NCBI GenBank assembly: GCA_050732635.1
Contig: JBOHRE010000005.1
Coordinates: 2,897-66,896 of the forward strand
Direction: 5' to 3'
Source of the DNA: Longimicrobiales bacterium
GTDB lineage: Bacteria > Gemmatimonadota > Gemmatimonadetes > Longimicrobiales > RSA9
DNA: 64,000 nt
Below, piece by piece: positions 46,463 through 57,311 of the stretch (the stretch's first letter is position 1; each line of letters starts with the position of its first letter). The notes under the pieces are model-generated. The model made no database searches. It was not told the DNA's origin and was given only the letters and a program-made list of their open reading frames with translations. Position numbers and translations under genes: made by a program.

Positions 46463-47140
46463 GTGGATTGGCTGATCGTGCTCGCCTGGGGCGGCCTTGT
46501 CGGCCTGGACGCGACCTCCTTCGGCCAGTTCATGATCTCGCGGCCGTTCGTCGCGGCGTCGATTCTCGGCGCACTGCTGGGCGAGCCGGCGGCCGGCGCG
46601 CTGATCGGCGCGGCCGTCGAGTCGTTTGCGCTGACCGCGCTGCCGATCGGCGCCGCGCGCTATCCCGAATCGGGCACCGCGGCCGTTGCGGCGACTGGCG
46701 CGTACGCGGCCGCTGCGCCCGTTGGCACGCCCTTTACCCTACTGGTCCTTGCTCTGTTGCTCGCATTGCTCTGGGAAAGGGTCGGCGAAGCCAGCGTTGC
46801 CGCGTTGCGCAGGGTGAACGAGCGGTTGGCCGCCGTTCCGGCCGAGGTGGAGGAGACGGAGCCGAGATGGATCATAGGCCGCCACGCGCTGGCCATACTG
46901 CTCGACTTTTGCCGCGCCGCCGCCCTGGCCATTGCCGGCTGGGCGATCGGTATCGTCATGCTGGTGAGCGGCAGCCGGGCGTGGACCCTGTCCGACGATG
47001 TGGCGGCGGGGGCCACCCTTATCGCGATCGCGGGCGTGCTCGGCGGCGCAGGGGCGCTCTTCGGCGGCATTGGCGAGCGCAGGTGGGTGTTTTTCGCGGG
47101 CGTGGCGTGCGGCTCGTTGGTTTTGTTCATCCGGCTATGA
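46463..47140 (+). CDS. PTS mannose/sorbose-family EIIC component (short, 225 aa)
   Basis: Polytopic membrane protein. Its position between the IIB and IID genes and its N-terminal pattern (GLDATSFGQFMISRPFVAASILGALLGEPAAG) fit EII-Sor IIC. Confidence 0.7.
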   Translation: MDWLIVLAWGGLVGLDATSFGQFMISRPFVAASILGALLGEPAAGALIGAAVESFALTALPIGAARYPESGTAAVAATGAYAAAAPVGTPFTLLVLALLLALLWERVGEASVAALRRVNERLAAVPAEVEETEPRWIIGRHALAILLDFCRAAALAIAGWAIGIVMLVSGSRAWTLSDDVAAGATLIAIAGVLGGAGALFGGIGERRWVFFAGVACGSLVLFIRL

Positions 47141-47877
47141 CGACTCGGCTCCGCGCCGCGGTGCTTCTGCGCTGCTACACGATTCAGGGATCTTGGAACT
47201 ACCGCACCATGATCGGAACCGGCTTTGCCTTCGCGCTGCTGCCGGTGCTCAGACTGATCTACGGTGATGATACTGTCGCGCTGCGGCGTGCGGCACACCG
47301 TCACGCGCAGCTGTTCAATAGTCATCCCTATATTGCGCCGCTGGCCGTCGGCGCCGTTGCACGGCTGGAGCAGGACGGCGAATCGGTGGAAGTCATCGAG
47401 CGTTTCAAGCTCGCTGTACGAGGTTCGCTCGGCTCCTTGGGCGACCGGCTGATCTGGGCCGGTTGGCGGCCGGTTTGCCTGCTGCTCGCTCTCAGCGCGT
47501 ACTTCATGGGCGCGAGCGGCTGGCTGGCCGCGGTCCTGTTCCTCGTGCTCTACAATGTCGTGCACGTCGGGCTGCGCACGTGGAGCTTCCGCGTCGGCTT
47601 CGCTGCGGGCAAAACGGTCGGTGAGCGGCTGCGCGCGTCGCGCGTCGTACCGGCGCAGCGGGCGCTCAACGTGTTGGGCCTATTCGTCTGCGGCTTGATT
47701 CTGCCGCTGGCCGCCACCGCGCAACCGCTCGATACGATGCTCGATGCTCGCTGGTCGCTCGGCGCGATCGCCGCCGTGATCGCCGGCGTCAGTCTCGGCG
47801 CGGCCGCCCGACGGACGTTTGCGCTGTTTCTTGTGTTGTTCGCCATCGGCGGTCTCTTGATTGGCCTTGTAGAATGA
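47137..47877 (+). CDS. PTS mannose/sorbose-family EIID component (short, 246 aa)
   Basis: Start trimmed to MTTRLRAAVLL. IQGSWNYRTMIGTGFAFALLP...HRHAQLFNSHPY matches the IID N-terminal signature. Confidence 0.7.
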   Translation: MTTRLRAAVLLRCYTIQGSWNYRTMIGTGFAFALLPVLRLIYGDDTVALRRAAHRHAQLFNSHPYIAPLAVGAVARLEQDGESVEVIERFKLAVRGSLGSLGDRLIWAGWRPVCLLLALSAYFMGASGWLAAVLFLVLYNVVHVGLRTWSFRVGFAAGKTVGERLRASRVVPAQRALNVLGLFVCGLILPLAATAQPLDTMLDARWSLGAIAAVIAGVSLGAAARRTFALFLVLFAIGGLLIGLVE

Positions 47878-48158
47878 GCTCTCAGGAGACGACCCGTCAG
47901 GTCCGCGTTCAGATTCTGAACAAGTTCGGCTTGCATGCGCGGCCCGCAGCCGAGTTCGTGAAGCTGGCAAGTACGTTTCGCTCGGATATCCGTGTCCAGA
48001 AGGACGATCTCGAGGTGAACGGAAAGAGCATCATGGGCGTCATGATGCTCGCTGCCGAAAGCGGCAGCGAGATTCTGATCCAGGCATCGGGCGAGGACGC
48101 CGATGAGGCGGTGGCGGCGCTCAGCGCGCTCGTGCAGAGTCGGTTCGGCGAGAGCTAG
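47874..48158 (+). CDS. ptsH: Phosphocarrier protein HPr
   Basis: 94 aa. His site GLHARPA and Ser site GKSIMGVMML are both present. Confidence 0.9.
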   Translation: MSSQETTRQVRVQILNKFGLHARPAAEFVKLASTFRSDIRVQKDDLEVNGKSIMGVMMLAAESGSEILIQASGEDADEAVAALSALVQSRFGES

Positions 48159-48163
48159 GAGCG

Positions 48164-49948
48164 ATGGGCGTGCGCACGTTTCGCGACGGACTTCCGGCCT
48201 CGCCGGGCATCGTAGCCGGTCCTGCGCACGTGTTGCGCTGGGAGATTCCGCGCGTGGCCCACGGTACGGTCGACCCGGATCGTGTCGAGTCCGAGATCGA
48301 GCGGTTCCACGCGGCCCGAGCGGCCGCCAGGGTTCAGCTGTTGACCATCCAGCAGCAGACCGCCGAACGCCTCGGACCTGTCGAGTCTCAGATCTTCGAG
48401 CCGCAACTGCTCATGCTCGAGGACCCCGACCTCATCGAGGCCGTCGTCGCGTCGATCCGTGACAATCACGTGCCTGCCGCGCGGGCGCTCGAGCTGCGTG
48501 TCCTGGAGCTGCGCTCGGAGTGGCGGCGGCTCGGGCACCCGATGGTGCTCGATCGTCTGAACGATCTGCTCGACGTCGAGATCCGCCTCATGCACGAGCT
48601 GCTGGGCAGCGCTGCACCCCAGACGGGGCTGTCCGGGCCACGGCGTGTGATCCTGGTGGTGCACGACCTCACGCCGAGCCTGGCCGTGCAGTTCGATCGG
48701 AACACGATTCTGGGGATCGCCATGGACACCGGCACCCGGACCTCGCACTCCGCGATCCTGGCGCGGGCCATGGGCATTCCATGCGTCGTCGGGCTCGGCG
48801 ATCTGTCGGACATCGTCGAACAGGGGCAGGAGCTGATCCTCGATGGCCGGGCCGGCCGCGTGATCGTCGAGCCCCCGGCCGCGGAGAGGGAGGTCTACCG
48901 CGAGCGGGACATCAAGGTGCGGCAGTGGGAGCAGGAGCTGCTCCTGCTCGCGCACATGGACTCCGTCACGCCCGACGCCGAGCGGGTCGAGTTACGCGCC
49001 AATATCGATCTGCCGGCCGAGGCGGAAGACGCAAGGCGGCACGGCGCGGAGGGGATCGGTTTGTTTCGCACCGAGTTCCTCGTGGTCGGCCGCAGCACGT
49101 TGCCGGAAGAGGAGGACCAGTACCGCGCTTACCGTCAGGTGGCCGAAGTGTTTCCCAACCACCCGGTCTACGTGCGCACGTATGATCTGGGCGGTGACAA
49201 GTTCCCACGTTTCCTGCGGATGCCGCCGGAGGAGAACCCGTTCCTCGGTTGGCGCGCGATCCGCGTTTGTCTGGACATGCCCGAGCTGTTCCGCCCGCAA
49301 TTGCGCGCTGCGTTGCGAGCCACGGCGCATGGCGACGTTCGCATCATGATACCGTTGATCAACGAGATCGACGAGCTCGAGCAGACACGTGCGCTGCTGC
49401 GTGAGCTGGAAGGCGATCTGGATGCAGCCGGCATCGCGTACCGGCCCGATTACCAGCTCGGAATCATGATCGAGACGCCGGCCGCTGTGCTGATTGCCGC
49501 GCGTCTGGCTCGGCATGCCAGCTTCTTTTCGATCGGCACCAACGATCTCGTGCAGTACGCGCTCGCCGTGGATCGTGGCAATGCCCGGCTCGCATCACGT
49601 GCCAGTCCGTTCCATCCGGCGGTGCTGCGCCTGCTACAGGAAACCATTGCGGTCGGTTCACGTGCCGGCATAGAGGTCAGCGTCTGTGGTGAGATGGCCG
49701 CGAACCCGCTCGGCGTATTCCTGCTGCTGGGTCTCGGAGTTCGTTCGTTGAGCATGGCCCCGTCGGCGCTACCCGAGATCAAAAAGGTGATCCGGACGAT
49801 CCCCATGCAGGCGGCGGCGCAGGCCGCGGACGCCGCGCTGAGCGCGGATACACCCGGCGAGGTGGTCGGGATGCTGACGGAGGCGATCTCCGACTGGCTC
49901 GATCTCTCGTTGTTCACGGGTCGCTGGAGCTTGTCGGCCGTGCAATGA
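48164..49948 (+). CDS. ptsI: Phosphoenolpyruvate-protein phosphotransferase (PTS Enzyme I)
   Basis: 594 aa. Active-site GTRTSHSAILARAMGIP, with GIGLFRTEFL and IGTNDLVQY PEP-utilising motifs. Confidence 0.95.
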   Translation: MGVRTFRDGLPASPGIVAGPAHVLRWEIPRVAHGTVDPDRVESEIERFHAARAAARVQLLTIQQQTAERLGPVESQIFEPQLLMLEDPDLIEAVVASIRDNHVPAARALELRVLELRSEWRRLGHPMVLDRLNDLLDVEIRLMHELLGSAAPQTGLSGPRRVILVVHDLTPSLAVQFDRNTILGIAMDTGTRTSHSAILARAMGIPCVVGLGDLSDIVEQGQELILDGRAGRVIVEPPAAEREVYRERDIKVRQWEQELLLLAHMDSVTPDAERVELRANIDLPAEAEDARRHGAEGIGLFRTEFLVVGRSTLPEEEDQYRAYRQVAEVFPNHPVYVRTYDLGGDKFPRFLRMPPEENPFLGWRAIRVCLDMPELFRPQLRAALRATAHGDVRIMIPLINEIDELEQTRALLRELEGDLDAAGIAYRPDYQLGIMIETPAAVLIAARLARHASFFSIGTNDLVQYALAVDRGNARLASRASPFHPAVLRLLQETIAVGSRAGIEVSVCGEMAANPLGVFLLLGLGVRSLSMAPSALPEIKKVIRTIPMQAAAQAADAALSADTPGEVVGMLTEAISDWLDLSLFTGRWSLSAVQ

Positions 49949-49986
49949 CAGCCTAACTTCGGCGCTCTTCTTATACAGGAGCCGCT

Positions 49987-51159
49987 TTGGATCGCTTCCT
50001 CTTCACCTCGGAGTCCGTGACCGAGGGCCATCCGGACAAGATCGCCGACCAGATCAGCGACGGCGTGCTGGATGCTGTTCTGCAGCAGGACGCCGCCGGC
50101 CGCGTGGCGTGCGAGACGCTGGTCACGACCGGACTGGTCTTCGTGGCGGGTGAGATCACGACCTCCGGCTATGTCGACATTCCGACCGTGGTTCGCGGAA
50201 CGCTGCGGTCGATCGGGTACACGGACGCCGCATACGGCATCGATGCCGAGTCCTGCGGCATCATGGTGGCGATCGATCGGCAATCGCCCGATATCGCAAT
50301 GGGCGTCGATACGGGTGGGGCCGGCGATCAAGGCCTCATGTTCGGCTATGCGGTCGACGAAACGCCCGAACTGATGCCGGCGCCGATCGGACTCGCGCAC
50401 CGGCTGACGCGGCGCCTTTCGAAGGCCCGGAAGTCCGGGCAGATCCCGTGGCTGCGGCCGGACGGCAAGGCGCAGGTGACGCTCGAGTACGAGAATGGCC
50501 GGCCCGTGCGGGTTCACACCGTCGTCCTGAGTACGCAGCACTCGCCGGATGTGCCGCTGGAGGAGTTGCGCGAGACGATCGTGCGTCAGATCATCACGCC
50601 GGTGATGCCCGAGGAGCTGTACGAGCCCGGCCGCTGCGTTTTCCATGTCAATCCGACGGGTCGCTTTGTCGTGGGTGGACCGCACGGTGATGCCGGCCTC
50701 ACTGGTCGCAAGATCATCGTCGACACCTATGGTGGCTCGGCCCGCCATGGCGGCGGCGCCTTCAGCGGCAAGGATCCATCGAAGGTCGACAGGTCGGCCG
50801 CCTACGGCGCCCGCTGGGCAGCCAAGAACGTGGTCGCCGCCGGCCTGGCACGACGCTGCGAGATCCAGTTGGCGTACGCAATCGGTGTTGCTGAGCCGGT
50901 CTCCGTCCACGTCGACAGCTATGGGACCGGCGAGGCCAGTGACGCCTGCATTGCGGCGGCCGTGCGCGAGGTCTTCGACTTCAGGCCCCGCGCGCTGATC
51001 GATGCCCTGGTGCTGAACCGCCCGATCTACCGGCCGACGGCGGCCTACGGTCACTTCGGTCGCGATCCGTTTCGGGACGACAACGGCGGGACGCACGACT
51101 TCTTCACGTGGGAGCGCACAGACCGGATCGAAGAGCTGCGTCGGGCGGTGCGCAGCTGA
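49987..51159 (+). CDS. metK: S-adenosylmethionine synthase
   Basis: 390 aa. [34 protein letters not shown] and [19 protein letters not shown] start with CAGGAG RBS. Confidence 0.95.
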   Translation: MDRFLFTSESVTEGHPDKIADQISDGVLDAVLQQDAAGRVACETLVTTGLVFVAGEITTSGYVDIPTVVRGTLRSIGYTDAAYGIDAESCGIMVAIDRQSPDIAMGVDTGGAGDQGLMFGYAVDETPELMPAPIGLAHRLTRRLSKARKSGQIPWLRPDGKAQVTLEYENGRPVRVHTVVLSTQHSPDVPLEELRETIVRQIITPVMPEELYEPGRCVFHVNPTGRFVVGGPHGDAGLTGRKIIVDTYGGSARHGGGAFSGKDPSKVDRSAAYGARWAAKNVVAAGLARRCEIQLAYAIGVAEPVSVHVDSYGTGEASDACIAAAVREVFDFRPRALIDALVLNRPIYRPTAAYGHFGRDPFRDDNGGTHDFFTWERTDRIEELRRAVRS

Positions 51160-51264
51160 AGTGCGCCACCGCGCGTCGCGGATCGGTGCGGACCCCGCCT
51201 ACCGGTCGGGGGTAGCGAAGGGCGCAGGTCGAACCGTACCCTCTCGGCAGTTGAGGCGCGGCGG

Positions 51265-51813
51265 ATGTCTATGATCGAAGTGAAGGTGCAGAGTCTGGGG
51301 CTGGATCGGTCGTCGAACACGCCAGTCGTGATTCTGCAGGAGACCGGCGGTACACGCGTGCTCCCGATCTGGATCGGTCCCGGCGAGGCGAGCGCAATCG
51401 CGATGGAGCTCGCCGGGATGAAGTTCTCCCGACCACTCACGCACGACCTGTTCTGCTCCGTCATCCTGGGTCTCGGCGGCTCCCTCAAGCGGGTCGTGAT
51501 CACCCGGGTGGTCGAGAACACCTATTACGCCGAGCTGCTCATCCAACGCGGTACGGAGCTGATCACGGTGGATGCGCGCCCGTCCGATTCGATCGCAATC
51601 GCGCTGCGACTCAGTGCCGAAATCCTCACCGACGACACACTGCTCGATCACACACACATCGAGATCAGCGAGGCCGATGCCGGCGAGGAGGCCGAGGAGT
51701 CCGAGTTCGGCCCGACCACGACCGAGGAGGAGGCGGAAGGGCTGCGCGCACGCGAGCTCAATGAGCACCTGCGTCGCATGAACCCGGAGGACTTCGGCCG
51801 CTTCAGCATGTGA
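51265..51813 (+). CDS. Bifunctional nuclease family protein (BFN/DUF151) with an acidic tail
   Basis: 182 aa. PVVILQETGGTRVLPIWIGPGEASAIAMELAGMKFSRPLTHDL is the BFN core. Confidence 0.8.
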   Translation: MSMIEVKVQSLGLDRSSNTPVVILQETGGTRVLPIWIGPGEASAIAMELAGMKFSRPLTHDLFCSVILGLGGSLKRVVITRVVENTYYAELLIQRGTELITVDARPSDSIAIALRLSAEILTDDTLLDHTHIEISEADAGEEAEESEFGPTTTEEEAEGLRARELNEHLRRMNPEDFGRFSM

Positions 51814-52469
51814 TGTTCGCCGTTCGGCAGCACCGCGGGAGCCTGCCCATCGTCCTGGGCGGGCTCCTGTTGCTTTCGGCCGCGAGCGCGAGCGCGCAAG
51901 CCAGCCTCAGCGGGCGTGTCACGGACCCGCTGGGCGAGGGTATCGGCGGTCTGGAGGTCCTGCTCCATCGCGTGGACAGTGCCGGGGGCGCGCAGGCTGG
52001 AGTGGACGTAACGCGCGCCGACGGCCGATTCACGATCGAGCTTGCGTCGGCCTTCGAGCCCACGGCCATCTACTTCGCCACGGCGCGGTCCGGTGAGGAG
52101 CTGTTCATCGGCCCCCCGTTTCGCGGGAATGCGCCGCCGTCAGCCGACTACGGCCTGACCATCGAACCCGGCCGCGGCGCCCGCATCGGCGAAGCGTCGG
52201 CTCTGCTGTCCGACACCGATGCAGCCAGCCGTCCCGCGGGCATACTGGCCGCGACCGGGCTGGTCGCACTAATCGTCGTGCTGGCGTGGCGCCGGCGAAC
52301 AGCCCAGCCGCCGGCGTGGAGGCTGACGCTTGCCGAGCTGGCAGCGCTCGATGAGTACGCCGAGCGCGGTGGCGCCGACCCTCAGTCGCTCAGCGCGCGG
52401 CGCATCGAGTTACGCTCGCGCCTCGCCCGTGCTGTCGATCCGGAGAGTCATGCCGCTGCTCAGCGATGA
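51810..52469 (+). CDS. Hypothetical membrane-anchored protein with a carboxypeptidase-regulatory-like domain
   Basis: 219 aa. Signal/anchor LLLLSAASASAQA, then SLSGRVTDPLGEGIGGLEVLL...DGRFTIEL, and a later TM segment ILAATGLVALIVVLAW. Confidence 0.55.
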   Translation: MMFAVRQHRGSLPIVLGGLLLLSAASASAQASLSGRVTDPLGEGIGGLEVLLHRVDSAGGAQAGVDVTRADGRFTIELASAFEPTAIYFATARSGEELFIGPPFRGNAPPSADYGLTIEPGRGARIGEASALLSDTDAASRPAGILAATGLVALIVVLAWRRRTAQPPAWRLTLAELAALDEYAERGGADPQSLSARRIELRSRLARAVDPESHAAAQR

Positions 52470-53194
52470 GGTCCTCATCCTGCAGGCGTTTGCCTACAGC
52501 GAGACGAGCAAGATCCTGCGTCTGCTGACGCGCGAGCACGGGCTGGTCTCCGTCATTGCCCGAGGCGCGCTGCGGCCGAAAAGCCGTTACGGCGGTCAGC
52601 TCGAAGCCTTCAGCGAAGGTGTGGCCGTGTTTTACACGAAGCCAACCCGCGAGCTCCAGACCCTGAGTGGCTTCGATCTCATCAATAGCGGCCAGGCACT
52701 GGGCCGCGACCTGATCCGCTTCGGAGGGGCCGCGCTCCTCGCGGAACTCGTCGTGTTGACCGGTAGCGAGGAGCCCGAGCCGGCGATCTTCGGCCATGTG
52801 CGCAGCGCGCTGCGCAACCTTGCCAGGGCTGCTCAGCCGGAGCTGGAGCCGATGGTGCTGACCGAGGTCTGGCGGCTGATCGCGCTGCTGGGATATGCGC
52901 CGGCACTCGGCGAATGCCTGCATTGCGAGCGTGGGCTCGACCCTGCCGAAGATGCGGTCTTCGATTACGCTGCAGGCGGCGTGCGCTGTAGCCGCTGTCC
53001 AGCACCCCCGGCGGGCCGGAGCCTGCCGGCGTCGGGGCGGCGTACGCTCCAGAGCATGCTCGCCGGTCAGCCCATGGCTCTCCAGCGCACCGCCGCACAC
53101 TGGGCACTGCTCGGACGATTTTTGACGTACCACCTCGCCGATGGACGGCAGCTGCGCTCACTGGAATTCCTGAACGCCGTGCTTCCAGAGTCGC

Positions 53195-53202
<8 letters not shown>
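52450..53202 (+). CDS. recO: DNA repair protein RecO
   Basis: Start trimmed to MPLLSDEVLILQAFAYSETSKILRLLTREHG. Zn-finger CLHCERG...CSRC. 250 aa. Confidence 0.85.
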
Positions 53203-55096
<1,894 letters not shown>

Positions 55097-55103
55097 ACAT
55101 GCC

Positions 55104-55132
55104 TTGACCACTGGAAGGCCGAACCATATGCT
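55104..55132 (+). promoter_or_regulatory. Promoter TTGACC-N17-TATGCT
   Basis: TTGACC at 55104-55109, 17-nt spacer, TATGCT at 55127-55132. About 95 nt upstream of the 55228 ATG. Confidence 0.35.
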
Positions 55133-55227
55133 ACGGATGAGGGGTAGTATGCTCCGACCCACTGTCTTGGAGGGGGTTTATAAAACCTTAGCTACGGCAC
55201 AGCAGTAAAGACTGTGCGGAGGTGACC

Positions 55228-55662
55228 ATGAGACGCATGCTATGCGTCGGCGTCATCCTCCTCCTCACAGCGATTCCGGGAGCGCTCGAAGCGCAGGCTG
55301 GTAGCGACGCTGCGAGCCGCGGAAGCAGGCTCGGGCAGAACTACCCGAACCCGTTCAACCCGACCACCCGTTTGCCGTTCGATTTGTGGCCCGAGGATTT
55401 TGCAGAGGGCCAGCCGGTCGTGGTGACGATTCGGATCTACAATGTCCTGCACCAGCTCGTTGCAGTTCCCACGGCCTTGAATCATCCGGCCGGGAACGGG
55501 CTTCCGGTCGACCAGTTGGAGTACACGAGTCCGGGCCGGAAGGAGGTATTCTGGGACGGGCTGGACCGGTCGGGCCGAAAAGTGGCGTCTGGACTGTACT
55601 ACGTGCAGTTTCAGATCAACAACCGGAAACCCGAAGTCAAGAAGATCTTCGTGGCGAAGTAG
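55228..55662 (+). CDS. Secreted mini-protein consisting of a signal peptide plus a FlgD-Ig/T9SS type-A sorting-like domain
   Basis: ATG 5 nt after GGAGG (GTG 55222 is the alternative). Signal peptide MRRMLCVGVILLLTAIPGALEAQA. LGQNYPNPFNPTT...VTIRIYNVLHQLV...FWDGLDRSGRKVASGLYYVQF matches the sorting-domain pattern. Visibly lower GC than the surrounding DNA. Confidence 0.7.
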   Translation: MRRMLCVGVILLLTAIPGALEAQAGSDAASRGSRLGQNYPNPFNPTTRLPFDLWPEDFAEGQPVVVTIRIYNVLHQLVAVPTALNHPAGNGLPVDQLEYTSPGRKEVFWDGLDRSGRKVASGLYYVQFQINNRKPEVKKIFVAK

Positions 55663-55697
55663 GAGGAGGAACGCACACGAGTGGAGGTCATGCGGAA

Positions 55698-55725
55698 GCG
55701 CCGGGGGACTGACCCCCGGCGCTTT
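55698..55725. terminator. Bidirectional intrinsic terminator between convergent genes
   Basis: Perfect 10-bp stem GCGCCGGGGG/CCCCCGGCGC with loop actga, TTT on the plus side and A-rich/T-rich flanks on the other. Confidence 0.65.
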
Positions 55726-55732
55726 CGCACGT

Positions 55733-56185
55733 TCAAACGGATTTCTGTTCCAGCAGGCGGAGGAAATCCTCCGGGTCCGACAGTTCTGCGAGCCGTTTGG
55801 GCACTTCCGGGTCCTTGGCGAACTGCGCGATCTTGCCGAGCACGGGTAGGTACTGGTTACTGACCTCGAGCGGCGGCGCCACGATCAGGAAGAAATACCG
55901 GACGGGCTGGTCGTCGATCGCCTTGAAATCGAGCCCCGCCTGCTTGCGACCGAAGGCCACGCGCAGGCGGCTGACGACGAGCGACCGGCAATGAGGTATG
56001 GCCATGCCACGGCCGATCCCGGTCGAGCCGAGGTTCTCTCGCCGCTTCAACATCTTGAACAGAATACTGTCACTCTTCTCGTCCAGCTTGAGGAGCGAGA
56101 TCAGCTCCTTGAGTACAGCGTCTTTCGTGTCGCCCTGCAGTTGTAAATTGATCGCGTCTCTATTGAAGAATTCCTTTAGCTCCAT
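55733..56185 (-). CDS. ptsN: PTS EIIA-Ntr (nitrogen-regulatory IIA, fructose/mannitol-type)
   Basis: Start trimmed to MELKEFFNRDAINLQL. Active-site GIGRGMAIPHCR. 150 aa. Sampled 60-nt windows give about 50-58% GC by hand count. Confidence 0.85.
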   Translation of the reverse strand: MELKEFFNRDAINLQLQGDTKDAVLKELISLLKLDEKSDSILFKMLKRRENLGSTGIGRGMAIPHCRSLVVSRLRVAFGRKQAGLDFKAIDDQPVRYFFLIVAPPLEVSNQYLPVLGKIAQFAKDPEVPKRLAELSDPEDFLRLLEQKSV

Positions 56186-56277
56186 GGTCTGTCCGCCGAC
56201 GTGATTGCGCTGAACTGCCGGGGCCGCGCCAACATAAGCGAGGCCGTCAAAGCCTGTCAAAGCGGCAGCTTGGGCGA

Positions 56278-56306
56278 TTGAAGCGGGATCGGGGCGCCGT
56301 TAGATT
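56278..56306 (+). promoter_or_regulatory. Sigma-70-like promoter TTGAAG-N17-TAGATT abutting the dusB ATG
   Basis: The -10 ends at 56306 and the ATG is at 56313 (6 nt later). No Shine-Dalgarno in between. Confidence 0.3.
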
Positions 56307-56312
56307 CGCGGC

Positions 56313-57311
56313 ATGTTCGAGCGCTTGAACGAGAGCCTGACACGCGGCCGGGATGTGCCGCTGTTCCTCGCGCCGCAGGCGGGCGTGAGCGAGTCGCCAT
56401 TTCGGCGCCTGTGCCGGAGCTTCGGCGCGGATGTCGTGGTGAGCGAGTTCGTCAGTGCCGAGGGGCTGCGCCGCGGCAGCTCGCGAACCCATGAACACCT
56501 ACGATTCGAAGAGGCGGAGCGGCCGATCGGCGTGCAGATCTTCGGCTCGGACCCGGCCGGAATGGCCGAAGGGGCCACACTCGTCGCTGACCTCTATGCG
56601 CCGGATTTTGTGGACATCAATTTCGGCTGCCCGGTGAAGAAGGTGGTGAAGCGCAATGGTGGCTCGGGCTGCCTGCGAGATCTCGACCTCGTCGAGCGCA
56701 TCATCAGAGCGGTTGCCGCCGCCACGCCGCTCCCGACCACTGTCAAGATCCGCAGTGGTTGGAGCGAGGAGCAGCGCAACCCGGTCGAGATCGCGCTGCG
56801 CTGCCAGGACGCAGGCGCCCGGTTCCTGACGTTGCATGCACGCACGCGCACCCAATTGTACTCGGGCGTGGCGAACTGGGATGAGATCGCGGCGGTCGTG
56901 GGCGCATTGGCCATACCGGTCATCGGCAACGGCGACGTACGCACCGGTGAGGACGCACAGCGCATGCGGGAGCACACGGGCTGCGCCGGCATCATGATTG
57001 CCCGGGGTTCGCACGGTGCGCCCTGGATCTTTGCCCAAGCCCGGGCAGCCTTGGAGGGCAAGCCGGTGCCGGCGGACCCGTCGGTGGAGGAGCGCTTCCG
57101 GATCGTGATCGAGCACGCCTCGAACGCGATTGCGTTCGAACGGGATGAGCGACGCTCGATGGTTGATTTCCGCAAGCACCTGGGCTGGTACACGAAGGGA
57201 TTGCCCGACGGGTGCGTGCTGCGGCAGGAGCTGTTCGGAGTCACCGCGCTGGAGCAGGCGAGGCGCGTGCTGGAATCGTACCTGTCCCGCTATCAGGCGC
57301 TGGCTGCGTGA
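56313..57311 (+). CDS. dusB: tRNA-dihydrouridine synthase
   Basis: 332 aa. LAPQAGVSESPFRRL, INFGCPVKKVV and TLHARTR motifs. Confidence 0.9.
   Translation: MFERLNESLTRGRDVPLFLAPQAGVSESPFRRLCRSFGADVVVSEFVSAEGLRRGSSRTHEHLRFEEAERPIGVQIFGSDPAGMAEGATLVADLYAPDFVDINFGCPVKKVVKRNGGSGCLRDLDLVERIIRAVAAATPLPTTVKIRSGWSEEQRNPVEIALRCQDAGARFLTLHARTRTQLYSGVANWDEIAAVVGALAIPVIGNGDVRTGEDAQRMREHTGCAGIMIARGSHGAPWIFAQARAALEGKPVPADPSVEERFRIVIEHASNAIAFERDERRSMVDFRKHLGWYTKGLPDGCVLRQELFGVTALEQARRVLESYLSRYQALAA

Noticed and set aside
49949-49986. Searched for a SAM riboswitch upstream of metK
   Set aside because: Only 38 nt separate ptsI and metK, which is too short for any SAM riboswitch class, and no conserved core was seen.
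49450-51096. 548-aa ORF antisense to ptsI/metK
   Set aside because: It is opposite two of the most conserved genes in the window. Antisense artefact.
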